Positions 41,745-51,894 of a stretch of DNA of 64,000 nucleotides are shown in pieces (the stretch's first letter is position 1; each line of letters opens with the position of its first letter). Where the stretch lies: the NCBI GenBank assembly GCA_963804525.1, contig CAWDQO010000005.1:543261-607260 (forward strand), given 5' to 3'. Origin of the DNA: an uncultured Thermoplasmata archaeon. GTDB taxonomy: Archaea; Thermoplasmatota; Thermoplasmata; Lutacidiplasmatales; UBA184. A program made the translations under genes and the position numbers. Below the pieces are notes generated by a model. The model saw nothing but the letters and a program-made list of their open reading frames with translations. It ran no database searches and had not been told where the DNA came from.

Positions 41745-42381
41745 CGTTCGATGAGATGTACCGGGACGGCCACCCCCCCTGGGATATCGGCCGGCCGCAG
41801 TCGGAGGTCCTCCACCTCCTCGAGGAGGGGGTCGTGATGGCGCCGGTGCTCGACATCGGGTGCGGGACGGGGGAGACCGCCCTCGCCTGCGCGGCGCGGG
41901 GACTCGCGGTCCGGGGGATCGACGGCTCGCCGACCGCGGTCGAGCGGGCCCGCGAGAAGGCGAAGGCCCGCGGCCTCGACGTCCGGTTCGATGTGGGGGA
42001 CGCGCTCTCGCTCGGGGGCCTCGGCGAGACGTTCCGGACCGTCCTCGACTGCGGTCTCTTCCACGTCTTCGACGACGCCGACCGGGTCCGGGTACGCGTC
42101 GAGCCTGTTCGAGGCGATCCGACCGCGGGGGTCCGCGTTCGTCCTCGCCTTCAGCGACGCCGAGCCGAACTGGGGCGGTCCGCGGCGGGTCCGGGCGGAG
42201 GAGTTCGAGGCGGCGTTCGGCGAGCGGTTCGAGGTCGTCGAGGTCCGTCGCGCCGGGTTCGAGACGACCGACCCGGCGCAGCTCGTCCAGGCCTGGCGGG
42301 TCCGCCTCGACCGGCGGGCCCGGCTGTTCCGGGACGCGAACCCGGCGGCCCCGGTCCCGAAGGACCCCACCCGGGGCCTAG
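41741..42381 (+). CDS. Class I SAM-dependent methyltransferase (frameshift near 42090; end approximate)
   Basis: PPWDIGRPQ, VLDIGCGTG, LDCGLFHVF, then FVLAFSD..P.WGGPRRV in the shifted frame. Confidence 0.8.
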
Positions 42382-44189
42382 GTCGGGGCCGGGGGTCGCG
42401 CCCCCAACTGCTCGGCGAAGAACTCGGCGGCCCGACCGTACGCCCGCTCGCGGTTCGTCCGCCCGACGATCCCATGCCCCTCGTCGTCGAACATCATCAG
42501 CTCGACCGTCCGGCCGTGCGACCGGAGCGTGTCGACGATCTGCTCGGCCTCGCGGGCGGGGACGCGCGGGTCGTTGCGGCCGTGGATGACGAGGAGCGGG
42601 GCGGTGATCCGGTCCGCGTGATGGATCGGGGAGATCGAGGTGAGGAACTCCCGGTCCTGGTCGAGCCTCCCGTACTCCGCCTCCCGCACCGCCCGCCGCC
42701 ACGGGCCGGTCTCCTCGAGGAACGTGACGAAGTTCGCGATCCCGACGATGTCGACGCCGGCCCCGAACAGCTCCGGGTACGTCGCGAGCGACGAGAGGAC
42801 CATGAACCCGCCGTAGCTGCCGCCGAGGACCCCGATCCGGCCCCGCTCGGCGTGGCGGACGCGGACGAGGTGCTCGACGAGGTCGTTGAGGTCCCGGACG
42901 CTGTCCATCCGGAGGCGGACGTCGTCGAGGTGGACGAACGTGCGGCCGTACCCGAGCGACCCGCGGACGTTCGGCACGACGAGCCGCCACCCCTCGGCGA
43001 CGAGGAACTGGCGGAACCGGTTCAGGCCGGGGCGGGCCTGCGCCTCCGGGCCCCCATGGACCTCGACGATCGTCCCCCGGGCCGGCCCGACGGGGGCGTA
43101 CTCCCAGTACGGCACCTTCGTCCGGTCGGAGGCGACGCACGTGCCGAGCTTCGGGGGGCTCAACCGGACCGGCACCGGGCGGGCCGAGGTCGTGAGGCGA
43201 CGGGGCTTCCCCGTCTCGATCGACCGCCGGTACACCTCCACGCCGTCGACGGAGGAGAGGTCGTGGGCGAACGCGGTCCCATCCGGTGCCCACGAGACGT
43301 GGGAGACGACGCCGTGGGGCGACGTCGGCAGGGGCCGGTCGGTCCCGGTCGATGGCTCGTAGAGGTGGAGCTCGGTCCAGCCGTCCCGGTTGACTCCGAG
43401 GAGGAGGGAGTTCCCGTCCGGGCTCGCCCGGACGATCTCGACGTCGCCGGGGTACTCGCGGAGGAACTCGTGCCCGGGCCGGCCGGGCCGGTACCGCACG
43501 AGGGCGGCGAATTCCCGGCCGGGGTTCGCGGCCGCGTAGACGGCATCGCGGGTCAGGTCGGCCCCGAAGACCGTCTCCTCCCCCTCGTGGGGGTTCAAGT
43601 GGACGACCCGGTCCCCCTCGAGGAGGAGCAGGTCGACGTCGAGGTTCGTCTTGCTCCGCGCCACCAGGGCCCGGTCGGCGTCCGCCGCGACGACGTCGTG
43701 CAACGAGTCGCCGGCGAGGAGGACCCGGGGGGTCGGGTCCGGCGATTGCACGGGGAGGGTGTAGACGTCGAAAAATCGTTGGTCCCGCGCGTTCGACGCG
43801 AACAGGTAGTCGTTTCCACCGGGTCGCCACGCCCCTGCCGAATGGATCACCTTCGGGGAGTTCGTCAGCGGCCGCAGGGACGCTTTCGGCGAATCAGTGC
43901 CGCTGAGGAGCGCGAGCTGCCAATGCTCGTCCCCGCCCGAGTCGACCGAGATGACGGCGGTCGCGGCGGTCGGGGAGGCGTGGACGGTGCCGACGCGTCG
44001 GCGGACGGGGGAGATCGGCGACGACGACCCGCCGCCCGCCGAGACCCGGAACGCCTGCGGGAGCTCCCCGGGGTCGGAGAGGTAGAGGACCGATTCTCCG
44101 TCGAACGCCATCGAGGGTTGGTAGGAGGCGGCGACGTCGAACCAGGTCCGCAAGCGCTCGCGGAGCGCGACGGGGCCCGATTGAGCCAT
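42378..44189 (-). CDS. S9 family (acylaminoacyl/prolyl oligopeptidase-like) peptidase
   Basis: N-terminal propeller; HGGPE, PNVRGS.GYG, GGSYGG, HGRNDPRV, DEGHG. Confidence 0.92.
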   Translation of the reverse strand: MAQSGPVALRERLRTWFDVAASYQPSMAFDGESVLYLSDPGELPQAFRVSAGGGSSSPISPVRRRVGTVHASPTAATAVISVDSGGDEHWQLALLSGTDSPKASLRPLTNSPKVIHSAGAWRPGGNDYLFASNARDQRFFDVYTLPVQSPDPTPRVLLAGDSLHDVVAADADRALVARSKTNLDVDLLLLEGDRVVHLNPHEGEETVFGADLTRDAVYAAANPGREFAALVRYRPGRPGHEFLREYPGDVEIVRASPDGNSLLLGVNRDGWTELHLYEPSTGTDRPLPTSPHGVVSHVSWAPDGTAFAHDLSSVDGVEVYRRSIETGKPRRLTTSARPVPVRLSPPKLGTCVASDRTKVPYWEYAPVGPARGTIVEVHGGPEAQARPGLNRFRQFLVAEGWRLVVPNVRGSLGYGRTFVHLDDVRLRMDSVRDLNDLVEHLVRVRHAERGRIGVLGGSYGGFMVLSSLATYPELFGAGVDIVGIANFVTFLEETGPWRRAVREAEYGRLDQDREFLTSISPIHHADRITAPLLVIHGRNDPRVPAREAEQIVDTLRSHGRTVELMMFDDEGHGIVGRTNRERAYGRAAEFFAEQLGARPPAPT

Positions 44190-44289
44190 TCGAAGTTCGC
44201 GAGACGAGGCGGGGGATAAGGGCCCCGCCGCACGCGCGGGACGGCGACCTCGGGCGCGACGAGATAAGGACGGGACGCTCCGCGGGGCG

Positions 44290-44982
44290 ATGGCGCGGAC
44301 CGGCGGACTTGGCCGGTCCGAGGCCGAGTTCGACCGCGAGGCGGCGGGGTACGACCGGACCGCCGCCCAGACGATGCCGGGGTACGACGAGCTCCACCAG
44401 ACCCTCCTCTGGGGGATCCCGTTCTCCCCGACCCGCGGGTTCCGGGTCCTCGAGCTCGGGGTCGGGACCGGCACGTTCACCGCCCGGCTCCTGGCCCGCT
44501 ACCCGCACGCCGAGCTCGTCGGGGTCGACCTCTCCCGGCGGATGATCGCGCTTGGCCGGGCGAAGCTGCGGCGGTACCGCGACCGGGTGACGCTCCTCCA
44601 GGGGGACCTCGCCGAGTTCCCGGACGCCGAGAAGTACGACGCGGTCGTCTCGTCGCTCGCGATCCACCACCTCGCCGACGGGGCGAAGTGGAAGCTGTTC
44701 CGGAAGGTCCGCCGCTCGCTCGCCCCGGGGGGCTACTTCGGGGACGCCGACGACCACCTTCCCGAGGACCCCGTGTTCGATTCCCGGTTCGGCCAGGTCG
44801 CCCAGGAGCTGGTCGGCCACGGGACGTCCCAGAGCCTCCAGAGGGTCTGGCACGAGCACGAGGCGTTCGACCACCCGTGCGCCCTCTCCGACGAGGTCCG
44901 TCACCTGAAGTCGGCCGGTTTCTCCCACGTCGACGTTCCCTGGCGGTTCTTCGGCCAGGCGGTTGTCTGGGCGTACCGGTAG
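44290..44982 (+). CDS. Class I SAM-dependent methyltransferase
   Basis: VLELGVGTG, GVDLS, VSSLAIHH, LAPGG. Confidence 0.88.
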   Translation: MARTGGLGRSEAEFDREAAGYDRTAAQTMPGYDELHQTLLWGIPFSPTRGFRVLELGVGTGTFTARLLARYPHAELVGVDLSRRMIALGRAKLRRYRDRVTLLQGDLAEFPDAEKYDAVVSSLAIHHLADGAKWKLFRKVRRSLAPGGYFGDADDHLPEDPVFDSRFGQVAQELVGHGTSQSLQRVWHEHEAFDHPCALSDEVRHLKSAGFSHVDVPWRFFGQAVVWAYR

Positions 44983-45039
44983 GCCCGGGGACGCCCGCGA
45001 CGGAAGCCTTTTCATCTCGCCGCGACCTCGCTCGGGTGC

Positions 45040-45147
45040 GGCCGGGATGGGGTAGTTTGGCCTATCCTGGGGGACTGTGGATCCCTCGACCCGGGTTCAA
45101 ACGAGGACGGGGCCGACCCCCGTTCTCGGAGACTCTCGGTCCCGGCC
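45040..45147 (+). tRNA. tRNA-His(GUG) with encoded G-1 and a T-loop intron
   Basis: Acceptor GCCGGGA(45041-47)/TCCCGGC(45140-46), discriminator C45147; anticodon arm GGGGA-CTGTGGA-TCCCT; T stem CCGGG/CTCGG; loop TTCAAA|T. Confidence 0.92.
45102..45133 (+). other. 32-nt tRNA intron at position 59/60
   Basis: Internal hairpin GAGGACGGGG/CCCCGTTCTC; 3-nt bulges AA^C and AC^T flank a 4-nt helix with one A.G mismatch. Confidence 0.85.
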
Positions 45148-45951
45148 CTACCGGGTCTTCCGGCGACGGGACGCTCCCGTCGCCGGCTTCTTCGGAGGGG
45201 AGCCGGGGGGCGGAACGATCCGTTCGAGCGCCTCGGGAAGCTCGGAGAGGGAGTAGTCGGCCCACGCGGCCCCCCAGCGGGTCAGGTCGTCGGGGCTGAG
45301 GGTCCAGCTCTGGAGCCGGGTCGCCCGGGCGACCGAGATAACCCCCTCGACCGATTGGGCAGCCTCGAGGTCGAACCGGGAGTCGCCGACGAGGATGAGC
45401 GGGGCTCCGGGGTACCTTCGACGGTACTCCGCGAGGTGCTCCCGTTTTGTGCCCTGCCCGGAGCCGAGGACGTCCTCGAACCAGTACCGGAGCCCCTCGC
45501 GCTCCAGGACGAGGTCGGCCATCTCCCGTTCGGCGCCGGTCGAGACGGCGAGGGTCCACTTCGCCGCGGCGAGCCGCTTCAGCGTCCTCGGCATCTCCGG
45601 GAACGGCTTCGCGATGGCGTACGCCTCCTGGACCTTCCGCATGTGGAACGTCCGGGCGACCGAGCGCCGGTCGTCCTCGGAGGCGTTCCGGTACAATTGG
45701 GAGAGCTGCGCCTCGAACGGCATCCCGGTCGTGGCGAGGTAGTGGAGGCGGCCCTCCAGTTCCGGGGTGCCGAACGTCTCGAACAGGAGCTTCCCCGCGA
45801 GCTCGCTGATCGGACCCATGTCGTCGAGGAGGGTCCCGTCGACGTCGAAGATGACCGCCCCCCGCTCGAGCCGCCTCGGCTCCACGGTCGGTTCCTCCCG
45901 GATCACCGCCCGGGAGATCTCGGCGAACTGGGAGGTCGCCGGTCCGACCAT
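45148..45951 (-). CDS. HAD superfamily hydrolase
   Basis: IFDVDGTL, VSTG, K, VGDSRFD; start uncertain. Confidence 0.87.
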   Translation of the reverse strand: MVGPATSQFAEISRAVIREEPTVEPRRLERGAVIFDVDGTLLDDMGPISELAGKLLFETFGTPELEGRLHYLATTGMPFEAQLSQLYRNASEDDRRSVARTFHMRKVQEAYAIAKPFPEMPRTLKRLAAAKWTLAVSTGAEREMADLVLEREGLRYWFEDVLGSGQGTKREHLAEYRRRYPGAPLILVGDSRFDLEAAQSVEGVISVARATRLQSWTLSPDDLTRWGAAWADYSLSELPEALERIVPPPGSPPKKPATGASRRRKTR

Positions 45952-46107
45952 CGGGAGGGGAGTGCCACCGGCGGGGGGCGTCGCGCGGCTCGTCGTCCGC
46001 CGGCGTTCGCCGAGCCATCGGACCCGGCGAGCCGGTTCGGGGGATAAGCCGACCGGGGCGGCCGACGGCCGGCTTTTCCCTCGGTCGGCCTGCCCGGTTC
46101 GGACGCC

Positions 46108-47439
46108 ATGCACCCGAGCCGCGTGATCCACGGTCGACGCTCGATGCTCCTCGCCGGACGAAGGATCGTGCTGGGCGTGACCGGCTCGATCGCGGCGATC
46201 GAGACCCCGCGGATCGTCCGCGAGCTGATCCGGCACGGGGCGGAGGTGCGAGCCGTTCTGAGCCCGGAGGCCAGCCGCATCGTGAGCGAAGAGGCGCTCG
46301 CGTTCGCCACCGGCCACCCCACGATTTCCCGGCTCACCGGCGACGTCGAGCACGTCACGCTCCTCGGTCCGGGCGAGGGTCGCGCCGACCTCCTTCTGAT
46401 CGCGCCGGCGACGGCGAACACGATCGCCAAGATCGCGCACGGCATCGACGACACCCCCGTCACCTCATGCGCCTCGGTCGCGCTCGGAGGCGGTGTCCCG
46501 ATCCTCCTCGCCCCGGCGATGCACGCCCACATGGGCCAGAACCCGGCGGTCCGCGCGAGCCTCGAGCAGCTCGTCGCCTGGGGGGTCGGGATCGTCCAAC
46601 CCGAGGCCGCCGAGGGCGAGGAGAAGCTCGCCTCTCCCGAAGAGGTCGCTGCGGCGGTCCTCCACCGCCTCGCGAGCGGGCCCTGGGTCGGTCGGCACGT
46701 CATCGTCATCGGAGGGGCGAGCCGGGAATCGATCGACGACGTCCGCTCGGTGACGAACGAGAGTTCGGGCGAGACCGCGGTCCAACTCGCCACGCAGGCC
46801 CACTTCCGGGGGGCCTCGGTCGAGCTGTGGGCGGGGGCGTTACAGGTCCCGGTCCCCGGTTCCTCCCCACGCGGACCTGGCGGAGCGTCGGGGACCTGCG
46901 GGCCCTCGTCGCGGCGCAGGCGGTCCCCCTCGCGGCGGCCGACGCCGTCCTGGTGCCCGCCGCCCTCTCGGACTTCACGCTCGACCGCCGGGCCGGCAAG
47001 ATCCCGTCCCGAGGGACCGACGTCCTCCGACTCGAGTTGCGGGCCGCCCCGAAGATCCTCCCCGAACTCCGGCGCGCCGTCCCCTCCCCGCACCGGCTCG
47101 TCGGGTTCAAGCTGGAATCCGGCCGAGACTCCCCCGCGCTCGAGGCCGAGGCCCGGCGGTCGTTGAAGGAGAACGGTCTCGATTGGGTCGTGGCCAACGA
47201 CCGCGCGTCGGTCGGGTCCCCCGAGACTCGGGTCGTGCTGATCGGCCCCGGGCGGACCGGGAAGGTGGATGGCCGGAACAAAATCCGCCGTCGCCGGCCA
47301 GCTTCTCGATGCCCTGGGGGCCGAGCTCACATCGGCTCGGGCGGTCGCGCCGCGCCGGCCGAAGCCACGGGCTCCCGACGACGACTCCCCCCGTCACCGG
47401 CCCGCCGCACGGCGCTCGATCCGGCCCCGGCGGCGGTGA
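46108..47439 (+). CDS. coaBC: Bifunctional phosphopantothenoylcysteine decarboxylase/ligase (frameshifts near 46858 and 47275)
   Basis: LGVTGSIAA, APATANTIAK, PAMH, IDDVR..TN.SSG, AALSDF, KIPS, LVGFKLE, VVAND. Confidence 0.9.
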
Positions 47440-47504
47440 GGCAGCTCGGGGCATCGTCCAGATTAATACCCCGTCCGGCTCGGCGAGCCGAGAGGCAGCG
47501 ACCG

Positions 47505-48638
47505 ATGGTGAAACTCGCAGAGTGGCGGGGCAAGGAGATCTTCCGAACGTACGGAGTGTCCCTTCCGAAGGGGACGGTCGTCCGCTCGCCATCGGAGGTT
47601 GCCGGGGCCCTCGCCTCCGCGGGGGTCCCCCTTCCGTGCGTGGTCAAGGCCCAGGTCCTGGCCGGCGGCCGCGGGAAGGGCGGCGCCGTCCGCTTCGCGA
47701 ACACGATCGCCGAGGCGGAGGCGGCCACGAAGGCGATCCTCGGGCTCGAGTTCAAGGGCGAAACGGTCCGGGAGGTCCTTCTCGAGGAGAAGCTCCCGAT
47801 CGGGGCCGAGCTCTATGTGTCCCTCACGCTCGACCGCGGTCGGCGACTCCCGCTCGCGATGGCGAGCGCCCAGGGGGGCGTCGAGGTCGAGTCGGTCGAC
47901 GAATCGGCGATCACGCGGGTCCTCATCGACCCGTTCCCGGGACTCGTGGGCTACCAGAAGCGGCAACTCGTCGCGGCGTTGGGCGTCTCCGGCCCGGTCG
48001 CCCGCTCGGTCGACAAGCTCCTCGACCAGCTCTGGGAGATCTTCGAGAAGGAGGACGCCGAGCTCGTCGAGATCAACCCGCTCGCGGTCGTGGGGGACCA
48101 CGTCGTCGCCCTCGATGCCAAGGTGATCATCGAAGACGACGCCTCGTTCCGGCATCCGGAGTATTCGGACGTCCGGGACGACCGGACCCCGCTCGAGGAG
48201 ATCGCGCGGGAGAAGGAGATCGCGTTCGTCCAGCTCGACGGGAACATCGGGGTGATCGCCAACGGGGCCGGCCTCACGATGGCCACGCTCGACGTTCTCG
48301 CCGAGTTCGGTGGCCGACCTGGGGTCTTTCTCGACCTCGGGGGCACCGACGACCCGAAGAAGGTCACGGAGGCGTTCCTGCTCATGGCCCAGGCGAAGCC
48401 GGCCGCCGTGTTCCTGAACATCTTCGGCGGGGTGACCCGTTGCGACACCGTGGCGACGGGCCTCGTCGAGGCGATGCGCCAGGTTCCGCCCGAATCGAAG
48501 TTCCCGCTCGTCGCCCGGATCCGGGGCAACAACGAGGCCGAAGGGGTCGCCATCCTGCGCGCCGCCGGGGTCACCTCGCTCTCCGACCTGAAGGAGTCGG
48601 TCCAGGCGGTCGTGGCCGCCGCGGGAGGTTCCCGATGA
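47505..48638 (+). CDS. sucC: Succinyl-CoA synthetase beta subunit
   Basis: VKAQVLAGGRGKGG, EINPL, NGAGLTMATLD, FLDLGG, NIFGGVTRCD; GATTAATACC promoter-like motif at 47461. Confidence 0.95.
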   Translation: MVKLAEWRGKEIFRTYGVSLPKGTVVRSPSEVAGALASAGVPLPCVVKAQVLAGGRGKGGAVRFANTIAEAEAATKAILGLEFKGETVREVLLEEKLPIGAELYVSLTLDRGRRLPLAMASAQGGVEVESVDESAITRVLIDPFPGLVGYQKRQLVAALGVSGPVARSVDKLLDQLWEIFEKEDAELVEINPLAVVGDHVVALDAKVIIEDDASFRHPEYSDVRDDRTPLEEIAREKEIAFVQLDGNIGVIANGAGLTMATLDVLAEFGGRPGVFLDLGGTDDPKKVTEAFLLMAQAKPAAVFLNIFGGVTRCDTVATGLVEAMRQVPPESKFPLVARIRGNNEAEGVAILRAAGVTSLSDLKESVQAVVAAAGGSR

Positions 48639-49519
48639 GCGTCCTCATCGACGCCAACACGCGGGTCCTCGTCCAGGGGATCACCGGCCACCAGGGAACG
48701 GTCCACACCCGGAACATGAAGGCGTTCGGCGCGCAGGTCGTCGCCGGCGCAACTCCCGGGAAGGGCGGCCAGGTCGTCGAAGGAGTACCGGTCTTCAACT
48801 CGGTCGACGAGGCGGTCCGGAAGACCGGGGCGAATGCGACGTGCATCTTCGTCCCGGCGCCGTTCGCGAAGGACGCGTTCCTCGAGGCCGTCGACGCGGG
48901 AATCCCCCTCGCGGTGATCGTGACGGAGCACATCCCGTTCCACGACATGCTGGTGATGTACCACTACGGCCGCTCGAAAGGGGCCCGGATCATCGGGCCG
49001 AACTGCCCGGGGATCGCTGCCCCTGGCAAGTCCAAGGTCGGGATCATCCCGAACGTCGTGTTCCGCCCGGGGCGCGTCGGTGTCGTCAGTCGGAGCGGCA
49101 CCCTGACCTACGAGATCGTCAACGGGATCAAGGAGCGGGGGCTCGGCCAGTCGACGTGCCTCGGCCTCGGGGGGGACCCGGTCGTCGGGACATCGTTCGT
49201 CGACGCCCTGCCGCTCTTCGAGAAGGACCCGGAGACCGACCTGGTCGTGCTGGTCGGGGAGATCGGGGGAACCGCCGAGGAGGATGCCGCCGAGTACATC
49301 GGGCACCACTTCTCGAAGCCGGTCGTCGCCTACGTCGCGGGCCGCTCCGCCCCGCCCGGCAAGCGGATGGGTCACGCCGGCGCGATCATCGCCCGGGGGA
49401 AGGGGACGGCGGAGAGCAAGCTCGCCGCGCTCCAGTCGGTCGGGGCCCATGTCGCCAAGTTCCCGTACGAGATCCCCGCGCTCGTCGAGCAGTACCTCCC
49501 GAAGGCGTCCGGTCGATGA
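48635..49519 (+). CDS. sucD: Succinyl-CoA synthetase alpha subunit
   Basis: VQGITG, GPNCPG, SRSGTLTYE, GEIGG, RMGHAGA. Confidence 0.96.
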   Translation: MSVLIDANTRVLVQGITGHQGTVHTRNMKAFGAQVVAGATPGKGGQVVEGVPVFNSVDEAVRKTGANATCIFVPAPFAKDAFLEAVDAGIPLAVIVTEHIPFHDMLVMYHYGRSKGARIIGPNCPGIAAPGKSKVGIIPNVVFRPGRVGVVSRSGTLTYEIVNGIKERGLGQSTCLGLGGDPVVGTSFVDALPLFEKDPETDLVVLVGEIGGTAEEDAAEYIGHHFSKPVVAYVAGRSAPPGKRMGHAGAIIARGKGTAESKLAALQSVGAHVAKFPYEIPALVEQYLPKASGR

Positions 49520-49758
49520 GCAGCGACGTCTGCGCACTCCCCGGGTGCGGGGCCGAGGCGGTCCGGCATCTCGCCGTCGCCGAGGCCCGTCGGGCGTTCG
49601 AGCAGATTTCCGACAAGGGCCGGAGCGCCGCCCTCTGCAAAGCCCACTACAAAGAGTGGAAGAAGGCAACCAAGAAGGACCGCCAACTCGACCGGCTCGG
49701 CGGGGGTCGCCTGGGTCCCGCTTCGCGAGGGTCGGGGGCGGGTGCACCCCGCCCCTGA
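49516..49758 (+). CDS. Small C3H zinc-binding basic protein
   Basis: C....C...AVR...LCKAHYKEWKK; ATGA overlap with sucD. Confidence 0.72.
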   Translation: MSSDVCALPGCGAEAVRHLAVAEARRAFEQISDKGRSAALCKAHYKEWKKATKKDRQLDRLGGGRLGPASRGSGAGAPRP

Positions 49759-49781
49759 CTCGAAAGGGTTCGCGCGTTAGC

Positions 49782-49889
49782 CTACTGCTTCCGCATCTTC
49801 TGCGCCCGCATGCGCCGGCGCATCCGCTTCTTGCGCCATTTCCACCGCATGTGGCCGCGCTTCTTCCATACGCGCGAGCTCCGTTTCAT
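49782..49889 (-). CDS. rpl41e: Ribosomal protein L41e (eL41/eS32)-like peptide, 35 aa
   Basis: MKRSSRVWKKRGHMRWKWRKKRMRRRMRAQKMRKQ; TTTTAAA promoter near 49930. Below the ORF-track cutoff. Confidence 0.88.
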   Translation of the reverse strand: MKRSSRVWKKRGHMRWKWRKKRMRRRMRAQKMRKQ

Positions 49890-50007
49890 CCGATCTCGTC
49901 CGAAACGGCCCGCCCTATCGTCCCCCCTTTAAAAGGGTTGCCCGACGGTGGACCGTCGACGGAGTCGGCACGTCCCCGTTTATCTATCGGCCGGTCGTCG
50001 CGCGACC

Positions 50008-50415
50008 GTGGTCGACGAGACGGACCTCGAGACGAACGTCCTCGAGTTCGTCCTGAAGTCGTTCCAGTTCGACCGGATGGAGACCGTCGGCGCCGTCGAA
50101 TACGCGATCTTCCACCGGACGGAGACCGAGAGCGAATCGCAGTTCCGGCCGAAACTCGTCAAGCTCGTCCTCGCCGTGCCGCGGGACTGGATCGTCCACG
50201 ACCTCGCCTCGGACCTCATGCTGATCGCCCCCGACGGGGTCCACCCGGGCCACCGAGGAACCGGCACCGCGATGGAAGCCGCCGGGGAGAAGGCCGAGTT
50301 CTCCGAGCAAGGGGTCGACTGGGTTCGACGTCCTCGTACGAACGGAGGGTGGGTGTACTTTCCAAAGCGCGACGAGGTGAACTGGACCCCGAGCGCCCTG
50401 GGGTCTCTCCCGTAA
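50008..50415 (+). CDS. Hypothetical protein
   Basis: 135 aa, normal codon usage, GTTTATCT about 23 nt upstream of the GTG. Confidence 0.65.
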   Translation: MVDETDLETNVLEFVLKSFQFDRMETVGAVEYAIFHRTETESESQFRPKLVKLVLAVPRDWIVHDLASDLMLIAPDGVHPGHRGTGTAMEAAGEKAEFSEQGVDWVRRPRTNGGWVYFPKRDEVNWTPSALGSLP

Positions 50416-50548
50416 CGGCAGCGGCCGAGGGCCCGCGGATTTCTCGTCCGGTTCCACTGACCCGACCACCCGAATCGACGGACCGGGCCAGCGGACAGAC
50501 CATCGGGGTTGACCCGAGACGGGGATTCGCTCAGCGTTGGGGGCCAAA

Positions 50549-51253
50549 TCACGGAACCGGCGCCGGGTGCGTCGCAGGCTTGCGGCGGACCGCCCAACGG
50601 TGAGCGAGTTCGAGGAAGCGAACCCGAAGCTGGGGAGGCGTGACGAGGGCGACGAGGATCATCTCCGACGCGACCCGGCTGACGGTGTTGAGGGCGTAGA
50701 CCCACGCGAGTCCGGATTGCACCGAGGGGAACCCCAGGCCCATCCAGAGCGCCATCGAACCGAGCCAGAGCGCGATCCACGGAGCCGCCAAGGGGAGGTT
50801 CGCCCGCCGCCACCACGGAAGTCCGGCGAGAACCCAGGTGAGGCCGAGGAATGAGAAGATGGCCGCCCCGGGAGTTCCCCAGTCGACCCCCCACCAGAAG
50901 CTCGAATGGGTGGTCGACTCGAGTCCGACGAGAAACACCTGCTCGTAGACATTGATCATCCCGATCGCGCTGACGTATCCGACGAGGGGAGCGAGCACGA
51001 GCGCGGCGCGGGAGGGGCGTTCCGCGAAGTAGACGGCGAAGGTCACCCCCACGAACCCCGCGATGGCGGCGATGTAGGTGAACGGGTAGACCGTGTGACC
51101 GGCGGCCGTCGAGAGATACACGAGATTCCCGCCGGAGTCGGACATCGGATGGACGAGCGCCGTGACGGCGACCCAGGCGAACCAATAGCCGAGAAGGGCG
51201 GAGGTGACGAGCCAGAGCCAGAGGAAGGGTCGGTCGAGGAGCGAATGCCCCAT
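50549..51253 (-). CDS. Integral membrane protein of unknown function
   Basis: About six hydrophobic helices. Confidence 0.72.
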   Translation of the reverse strand: MGHSLLDRPFLWLWLVTSALLGYWFAWVAVTALVHPMSDSGGNLVYLSTAAGHTVYPFTYIAAIAGFVGVTFAVYFAERPSRAALVLAPLVGYVSAIGMINVYEQVFLVGLESTTHSSFWWGVDWGTPGAAIFSFLGLTWVLAGLPWWRRANLPLAAPWIALWLGSMALWMGLGFPSVQSGLAWVYALNTVSRVASEMILVALVTPPQLRVRFLELAHRWAVRRKPATHPAPVP

Positions 51254-51335
51254 TCAAGCCGAACCCACGGTGCTGCCCGAGATATCCGTATCCCGCCGTC
51301 GGGCGGGGAGCGCGGTTCGAGGTCTCCGCGCTCCG

Positions 51336-51779
51336 CTAAGGAATTCCGGGCGGCCCGAGGAGCGGGACCGACCAGAGCACGGCGACTTGATACTCGGTCC
51401 TGCAACCACCGACCCCCGAGAATCCGTACGGTCCACCAGCGGCGGTGAATTCGACCTGGCCCCCGACTCCCATGGCGTCGTAGACCACGTCCCCGGTCAA
51501 TTCGGAGGTCAGGGTGATCCGGCTAGGGTAGCTACTGTTCGTGCGCTACTCGAGAAACGTAACGGCTCGCGCCGGTGGGTCGAAGTGTGGTCCGAGGCCC
51601 CCTCCGAATCCCGGCATGTTGCAGAACGACACGTCTTCCCCCGAAAGACCCTCGGCATGCGAAACCGGGAGGACGACGAGGACCGCGAAGAACGTCACGG
51701 CGGCCGCCGCCACCGCGAGGGGGGTCGACGACCGACTCGAGGGTCCGACCCGCCGTCTCGCCAACTCTCTCGGCATCAA
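51336..51779 (-). pseudogene. Small secreted protein interrupted by an in-frame TAG (51546-51548) and a frameshift near 51460
   Basis: Signal peptide; the frame continues past TAG as RTNSSYPSRITLTSELTGDVVYDAMG, then GQVEFTAAGGPYGF...WSVPLLGPPGIP* after one shift. Confidence 0.45.
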
Positions 51780-51894
51780 GTTCCGAGCCGTCGAGCCGGC
51801 TGGGGCTATATCAGGAATTTTCGAGGTGGTCCGCGAGACGGTCGTCGGGTCCCGAACTCGGGGATCGGTTCGGTACGGGCCGGAAACCGGGCGG

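Noticed and set aside
41019..42381. DUF429 nuclease plus methyltransferase as a restriction-modification pair
   Set aside because: The methyltransferase looks like a small-molecule class I enzyme and lacks DNA MTase motifs such as DPPY/NPPY or PCQ.
45102..45147. tRNA interruption as a mobile-element integration scar
   Set aside because: No duplicated att sequence or integrase; the insert is a hairpin with BHB-like junctions.
46467..48638. Apparent CoaB-SucC fusion ORF
   Set aside because: It arises from frameshifts in coaBC; sucC has its own ATG and TATA-like motif.
51546..51548. In-frame TAG as pyrrolysine readthrough
   Set aside because: No pyl genes in the window, TAG is used as a normal stop by many genes here, and a TGG-to-TAG change or error is simpler.
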